This document shows, piece after piece, positions 57,301-64,000 of a stretch of DNA of 64,000 nucleotides. The stretch is taken from assembly GCA_965112735.1 (NCBI GenBank), contig OZ218952.1, forward strand, positions 2,666,001 through 2,730,000, written 5' to 3'. How positions within the stretch are numbered: position 1 is the stretch's first letter; every line of letters begins with the position of its first letter. The position numbers and the translations under genes are program-made. The notes under the pieces are model-generated. The model searched no databases, was not told where the DNA came from, and saw only the letters and a program-made list of their open reading frames with translations. Source of the DNA: Phaeosaccion multiseriatum (lineage: Eukaryota; Protista; Ochrophyta, other classes).

Positions 57301-60300
57301 TCGACCCTGACAGGCCCGACGTGCTCACCAACCTCGGCGTTTACTATCAGGTTAGCCACATCACACGACATGTCACTGGCTGACGGATACCAAGTGCTGG
57401 CAGACTAGTTGGTTGGCTGACTGGCTGGACTGACTGCTCTGACCTGGCTGACTTTTTCTGGCCTTGGAATGGCTGACTGGGTTGAATGACCGCTGTGGTG
57501 CTGTGGTTTGACTGATTGCCTGACTGCTATTGTCTGCTTGATTGAGATTTGACTGATTGATTGGTTGTACAATTAGAAGCTTAAACCCTCCCTCTACCCC
57601 CCCTACTCTCTTTCTTCTCCACTCCGCGCCTGTTCCCTCCCTTTGTCCTTCTCCTTCCCTGCCTTGCCTTGCCTTGACCTGCCCTGTATCACCAACTGCC
57701 TTGCCTTGCCCATATGACTATAAAGGAGTCGGGGATGCTCTCTGAGGCGCGAGAAGCGTACACACACTCGTACGTACAGAGGAGGGACGATGGGCTGGTC
57801 GTGAGGCAGGTAGGTGGGGCTGCACTTGCAGTTCCCCCCCCCTCCCTCTTATCTCTCTCTCTCTTGCTCTTGCTGCTGCACTATACCACCAACTGCTGTA
57901 CGTACAGGCCATCATGCTGTCCCCGGTGCCCGAGAGTGAGGCTCAAATCGCAAAGCAGCGACAAGCCCTCCGCTCCGCCGTCGCATCTCTCACCGCCAGG
58001 GCAGCAAGAGTCGACCTAGGCAAAAAGCAACAGCAACAGCAACAGCAACAGCAAGAGCAACAGCAACATCGACAGCGACAGCTTAGGGGTGACGAGGAGC
58101 AAGAAGTAGAGCCCAAGGAGGAGGAGGAGGACGGGGTGGGGCTGGCCCTCAGCCTCTCCTCGGCGGATCCCGTGCGTGCGGTGGAGAGAGTGCACTTCTA
58201 CTTGGCCTACCACGGAATGCCCGACAGAGACATTCAGGAGAGTATTGCAAATATGTATCTGCACCTTCGGCCCGAGCTGCTTAGAGTCTCGGAGGCTCTG
58301 TTTCTGTCATTGTCTCGCGGCCCCATTGAGGAGGAGGAGAGAGGGGAGGCTCTTGCCTTGCTGCTGTCACAAGGAGTCGACCTCGGAGACGGTGTCGTTG
58401 TCCTGAAGGGGGCTACTGATGCTACTGGCGGTGGTGGTGGTGCTACTGCTATTGCTGGTGGTGGTGGTGCTACTGCACAAAACGAAGAAGCAGGGCAGCA
58501 GCAGGGAGTGAGGCAGCGGCGGCCAGGAAGCAAGGGCAAGAAGAGTATGACGAAGACAAAGAAGAGGAAGAGGAAGAAGGTGCGAGTAGGTTTCGTGTCG
58601 AAGTTCTTGGGAGAGGGAGAGCCTCACGGTCTTCTCCTCGAGGGTGTTGTGGCGGGACTGCCTCCCAAGCACTTTACAACAGTGGTCTGTCCCTTGCCTT
58701 CCGCGTCGGGCAACGCTTTGGCACAGGCGCTTTCGGAGGCAGCCGATGAGGTGGTGCCTCTTCCTGGTAAGTACGCCTTAGCATTGGCGACGCTCGAGCA
58801 GCTGCAGCTTGACGCGTTGGTGTACGGAGATATGAATGGCGAGCCGATGACGCACTTCCTCGGCTTTGCTCGTGTCGCGCCCGTGCAAGCCCTCTTTTGG
58901 GGCAACCCCATCTCCTCGGGCAATCCGTCGATCGACTACTTTATATCCGCGGATAGGATGGAGCACCCCAACAGGACGCGCTTGAGGCAAGAGGAGGAGC
59001 CGTACTCCGAGCAGGTGGTGCTTCTCGGTGGGCAGGGTATTTGGTACACACCTCCGGTGTTGCCTGCTGAACTTGCCGCTCTCGATGGGGCAGCGGCAGC
59101 AGCAGCAGCAGGAGGAGGAGGAGCAATTGGTGATACAGGAGGAGGGGGAGGAGGAGGCGGGGGGCTGACCCCCTCTTCCACTCTCCCTCACCGCAGCTTC
59201 AGCGAGCAAGAGGACGAGGAGCAGCAACGAGTGCGCTCTCTGCAGAGACTGGCGCTGAAGGCTCGCCTCGGGCTGCCGACAGACGCGGTGGTGTACATGT
59301 GTCCGCAGAGCATCTTCAAACTGCACCCCAGCTTCGACGCGGTGGTGGGGCGTATCTTGCAACAAGGAGGAGGAAGTGCACGTGTTGGTGATTCAGACCA
59401 TGGCGGTGGTCATGATGGTGATGGTCGGCGACGGGAGGCCCACGTTGTCTTCACGGAGGGTAGGTGGGAGAGCTGGACAGTGGCCTTTCGTCGCCGGCTC
59501 GAGAAGGCGCTTGACATGCTTGACGATGATGATGATGATGATGATAGAGGGGCGTTGTACCAACGGGTGCACTTCGTACCGCGTACCTCTGCTGGGGAGG
59601 AGTACCTGCGACTGCTGGCAGGGGCGGACGTGCTGCTCCACCCCTTTCCGTTTGGAGGCTCGCGGACCTCGAGTGATGGGCTGAGCGTCGGTGTCCCACT
59701 CGTCACGTTGCCCACCTCGCTGCTGCGAGGGAGGATGGCGGGGGCCCTCTACACCTCCATGGAGGAGGAGGAGGAGGATGGCAATAGATGGGGAGCAGGA
59801 AGAGGAGGAGAGGAGAAGGGATTCTTCTCCTCGTGCTGCACAGCGGAGACCGTGGCGGAGTATGTAGAGCTTGCTGTTCGGCTCGGGCAAGACGAGGCCT
59901 TCAATCGAGAGGTGTCTCTGGCCATCTTTCATCGCTCGCACCTGATTTGGAGTCGAAGGGAAGTGGTCACCGAGTGGGTGCAGTTCCTGAGTCGGGCCAC
60001 GGGGGGAGAGGACTTGGGTCATTATCCCCTCGACCTTCTTACGGAGGCGGATGTGGGGTGGGACGAGGGTGAGCGGGAGGAGGAGGAGGAGGAGGAGGAG
60101 GAGGAGGAGCGACAACGAGGCAGTCGCGTTGATGGGGTAAGTGAGTGAGTGAGTGAGTGGGTGAGTGGGTGAGTGGGGCACCGTCATCTATTGATTTTGT
60201 TCCTGCCATGAAGTGAGCCGTGCGGCCCTCCTTGACTCTGTCTTTCGCCCCCAACCCCCACCCCTCGCCCATCAAGGCAGATCTCGCAGCACCACTACAA

Positions 60301-63300
60301 GTAGATAGAGAAAAGAAAGAAAAAGGAGAGCACGCAGAAATAGAGGCAGAAGAAGCAGAAGCAGTCAAACGCCTTTTGCGCTCCTTCCAGCACCACACAG
60401 CGCAGGGGCGCCTCCAAGACGCCGCACAAGCGTTAGACGCGGCCCTCGCCCTCAGGCCCAGCGACGCAGGTGAGTTTCAGCTCATGGGAGAAGAACGAGG
60501 GGCGGAGGGAGTATCAGTAGGAAGGTGCAAAGGGGGGCAAAGGAGTGAAACAACGACGACGGGCGAAACTTCACTTACCTTTTCTCTCTCTCTCTGCGCA
60601 GGTATTATGAACGATCTCGGAGCCACTCTGCAGCAGCTCTGGAGACTCGAGGAGGTGAGTTGTGCTTCTCCTCCTCCTCCTCCTCCTCCTCCTCCTCCTC
60701 CTCCTCCTCCTCCTCCTCCTCCTCCTCCTCCTCCTCCTCCTCCTCCTCCTCCTCCTCCTCCTCCTCCTCCTCCTCCTCCTCATCATCATCATCGTGGTCG
60801 TATTCCTCCTCCTCATGTTCTTCCTCCTTTTCTTCCTCATCCCCTTTCCTCTTCCTCCTCCTCCTCCTCCTCCTCCTCCTCCTCCTCCTCCTCCTCCTCC
60901 TCCTCCTCCTCCTCCTCCTCCTCCTCCTCCTCCTCCTCCTCCTCCTCCTCCTCCTCCTCCTCCTCCTCCTCCTCCTCCTCCTCCTCCTCCTCCTCCTCCT
61001 CCTCCTCCTCCTCCTCCTCCTCCTCCTCCTCCTCCTCCTCCTCCTCCTCCTCCTCCTCCTCCTCCTCCTCCTCCTCCTCCTCCTCCTCCTCCTCCTCCTC
61101 CTCCTCCTCCTCCTCTTCCTCCACCACCACCACCACCACTTGGATGGAGAAGGCTGCCGAGCTGTTTACTCTCAGCCTGTCCCTTCAGCCCCGGTCAGCG
61201 GTGGTAATGGCTAACTTGGGGGTTACCCTGCAGGCATTGGCCCGACCCAAGGAGGCAGAGCACTGGTTTAGACAGGCCCTTGTGCTCAGGAGGGAGGAGG
61301 AGGAGAAGGAGGAGGAGGGAGAAGTGGAGGAGGAGGAGGACTCAGACTGGGCAGTACTAGAGGAGGGCAAGGGCAGGAAGAGAGGCGACGCCCCCCCCTC
61401 CTCTTCCTCCTCCTCGTGTTGGTCATCCTCCTCCTCCTCACGGTCGTCGCCATCACCCTCCTCCACGGACTGGGCCCTCTTCAACCTTAGCAACCTCTTA
61501 CGTAACGAGGGGAGGCTCAGAGAGGCGGTTACAGTGCTGATGGAGGGTTTAGCTCTATCTCAGAGTCTGAGTCAGAGCAGCGGCGAGGGAGGAGGGGGAG
61601 GATGGCAGCTGATGGTGGTGGCTGTGCTCGCTGCCGTGGAGCTTCGAGCTCACCATCAGAGTGTGGTGGAGGAGCTGCAGCAGGAGTTGGGGAGGGGGGG
61701 GGGTGAGGGTGATTTATGGGCAGAGATCAAGAGACTGCAGGTGAGGGAGGGAGGGAGGGGAAGGGGGGGCGGGAGGGAGGGAAGGGACGGAAGGGAGAGA
61801 TAAGTGAGGGAGGGACGAACGGAGGGAGAGTTGGGCAGGAGTTGATTGCTGTTAGTTTGGATCTACTTCTGCCATGCATCTGTCTTCTCTGGCTCACTCC
61901 TCTTCCTCCTCCTCCACCCCCCGGTGCATCAGTGCAAGTTCCCCATGTCAACAAACAACCTCGTGGTCGCTATGGCCTGGCTGGGGGAGCTCCCTGCCTT
62001 GGTGGAGCCCCTTCTCCAGCGCTTGTCAGGCATGCCAGTTGGTGATACAGCAGGCATTCCTCGCCAACAAGTGCAACGAGAGAGCCTGCTGTTGCCGAGG
62101 GGGCTCAGACTCAGCCTCCAGGTGGGGAGCAGGGCAGCAGCAGGAACAGGACCAGTTGGTGATACAATGGTGGGGATGGCAGCAGAGGGGATGGTAGCAG
62201 AGGGGGTACACTTGGTGGTGCAGTACTATGTCAGTGAGGAAGAAGAGAGCGGGGGCGACTCCTGCTCCTCCTCTATGATGAATCGCGTATTGGATGCGTG
62301 TATCCTACACAACCTCCACAATGAGCACATTGCCGGGGTGCACGTGCTCTTGGAGGAGGGGGAGGGGGAGGGGGAGAAGGAGAAGGAAGAGGCGATAAGG
62401 CCCTCAGGAACACGGAGAGAAGGAGAAGGAGGCGTTGGAGGCATTGGAGCGGGCCATCCGAGTGCCGTCCGGCGAGGGGGAGGAGCGCGAGCGAGGTTAG
62501 AGGGGTTGATATTCTCAGCACCACCGGGATCAGCATCATCAGCAACATTATCAGCGGCGGACCAAGAGGGAGACGAAGAGAATGAGGAAGAGAAGAAGCG
62601 GAAACGCAAACGTGCCGCCATCGCGGACAAACTCTTCGTGACGCCCCTCGGCAGGAGAATGACCTTTGCTGATGCCTTTAGGTGCGTCTCTCTCTCTCCT
62701 CTCTCTCTCCCCTCTCTCTCCCCTTTCTCTCTCTCGTCTCTCTTCCGCCGGTCCAGCAGCGAGTTAGTCTACCTGAAGGGGGGCGGCTATCTGTCGACCC
62801 ACCTGTCTCCGTCTGTTGACTCACAAATCCCCTTCTCTCCTGCTGTTATCCTTCCTCGCCTTCTCTGCATGTGCGTGCGTCGTACTTTTGTGACTGTGTA
62901 TTATACTGCATCAACCCTCCGAATGAATCAATCAACGTATGCCTTGCTGGGTTACAGGTATGCAAATACGGAGCTCGTGGGGCAAGTGGTCGTCGTCGCC
63001 AACTCAGACATCGCTTTCCTCGACGACACGTGAGTGCGTGAGTGGGGAGAGAGAGGGACAGAATTGGTGGGTGGGAGGGAGGGAGGGAGGGAGGGAGATG
63101 CGGGGAGGGGGCGGTGGGGTGGGGTGGCGTGGGTGGAAATAGCCTCTATACTCTATGCCCCATACCCCATACCCCATGCCCCATACTCTATACCCCATGT
63201 ATCCTATGCCCTTATGCTCTATTCCTTATACCTTACACCCTTTCCCCCTTGAGTATGCCTTACTACTACTATACCCGATGCCCCATGCCCGTATACCCTG

Positions 63301-64000
63301 TGGTGTAGACTGGGCCGCCTTGGTGACCCGGGCACCCTGGATCTGAGGAGGAAGGTGTTCGCTTTGCTGCGATGGGAGACCACGCTGCGAGGGGGGGATG
63401 AGAGGATGGCAGCTGATGGTGGTGGTGGCGATGGCGTACTGCGAAGTGTATTCGTGCCCCGCATCGATTCACAGGACTGTTGGATATTCAGGAGTCCTGT
63501 GAGTGATGTGGTGGTGAGCGAGAGCGACTTTGAGCTTGGCAGGCCCCGTTGTGACAATCGACTTGCCGCTGTGTTTGAGGATGCCGGGTATCAGGTGAGT
63601 GAGGGACGGAGGGAGGGAGGAAGGGAAGGAAGAGGGGGGGAGGGAGAGAAGGAGGGAGAGGGAGGGAGAGAGAGGGAGGGAGGAAGAGGGGGAGGGAGAG
63701 AAGGATGGAGAGGAAGAGGAAGGGCGTACTGGGAGCCACCCCAAGGGGGAGGATGCAACTTGTGTTGTGTAGCGGAGGGCATGGCAGTGGATGGGGAGAG
63801 CATGGCAGAGCATGGCAGTGGGTGGGGCTCTGGCTCTGTGTCCGGGTTGTGGTTCTCGTCAGGAAGGGAGCGCTGATTGCCCCTATGCTCACCATTGCTC
63901 TCCTCTTGCCACCTTCGTACGTGCGTGTGTGTGCGTATATGTGTGTGTGTGTGTTTGTGCCGCTTGACGCATGCCTTGTGTCCAGGTGGAGAACCCCAGC
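54333..64000 (+). CDS. Signal-peptide TPR protein with GT41 (SPY/OGT-like) glycosyltransferase domain, further TPRs and a C-terminal GT-A-like domain; 3' end outside window
   Basis: Signal MKLRVLLPSILLFSGRCAWA; TPRs (LHQAGDLHGAAEWY, DPDALHLLGLV, VLNNLGAAL..G, VLTNLG); GT41 motifs RVGFVS, FARVAPVQALFWGNPISSGNPSIDYFIS, YSEQVV, YMCPQSIFKLHPSFD, ADVLLHPFPFGGSRTS..GVPLVTLP..LRGRM, EYVELAVRLG; second domain HLVVQYY..RRMTFADAFRYAN..ANSDIAF..FALLRWE..DSQDCWIF..LGRPRCDNRLA. Confidence 0.85.
56092..56312. repeat. (GTGA)n/(GTCA)n satellite at the 5' end of a TPR-gene intron
   Basis: Visible directly. Confidence 0.95.
57058..57158. repeat. (CCCTGA)n hexamer array in intron
   Basis: About 16 units, one base different from the CCCTAA telomere unit. 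Confidence 0.95.
60670..61122. repeat. (CCT)n microsatellite, two long tracts in intron
   Basis: Visible directly; source of the poly-P, S, L and E ORFs. Confidence 0.97.

Noticed and set aside
60571-61214. Poly-P, S, L, E, R ORFs
   Set aside because: Translations of an intronic (CCT)n tract.
1-64000. tRNA, rRNA or transposase/reverse transcriptase genes
   Set aside because: None recognised by eye; a covariance-model or HMM search would be needed to exclude small RNAs.

Overview
Eukaryotic nuclear DNA: GC-rich, intron-rich, GT-AG introns filled with simple repeats. A CCDC42/CFAP73 gene points to a flagellated organism, and the gene content suggests a stramenopile alga (inference). Bases 1-9.7 kb are a tandem accessory array of three intact secreted cysteine-rich protein genes (- strand) alternating with decayed ankyrin-repeat pseudogenes (+ strand), with signs of mosaic recombination. 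Bases 10-64 kb hold seven multi-exon genes: an atypical, C-terminally truncated IF2-like GTPase (DTPGQ instead of DTPGH), BRE1 E3 ligase, CCDC42/CFAP73, a nucleoredoxin-like protein with WNETC instead of WCPPC, exocyst Sec15, a very large divergent kinesin-3-like motor, and a signal-peptide TPR protein fusing a GT41-like domain to a second, GT-A-like domain (runs off the window). The most unexpected signals are at DNA level. Three short dispersed motifs (CAGTTGGTGATACAG, GGATGGCAGTGGATGG, GTGTCAGGAC) recur across unrelated genes, in exons in several reading frames and in introns. Their orientation mostly follows intron polarity: purine form after donors, complementary pyrimidine form before acceptors. 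Exon boundaries and motif counts were made by eye and family assignments come from remembered motifs; no searches were run.
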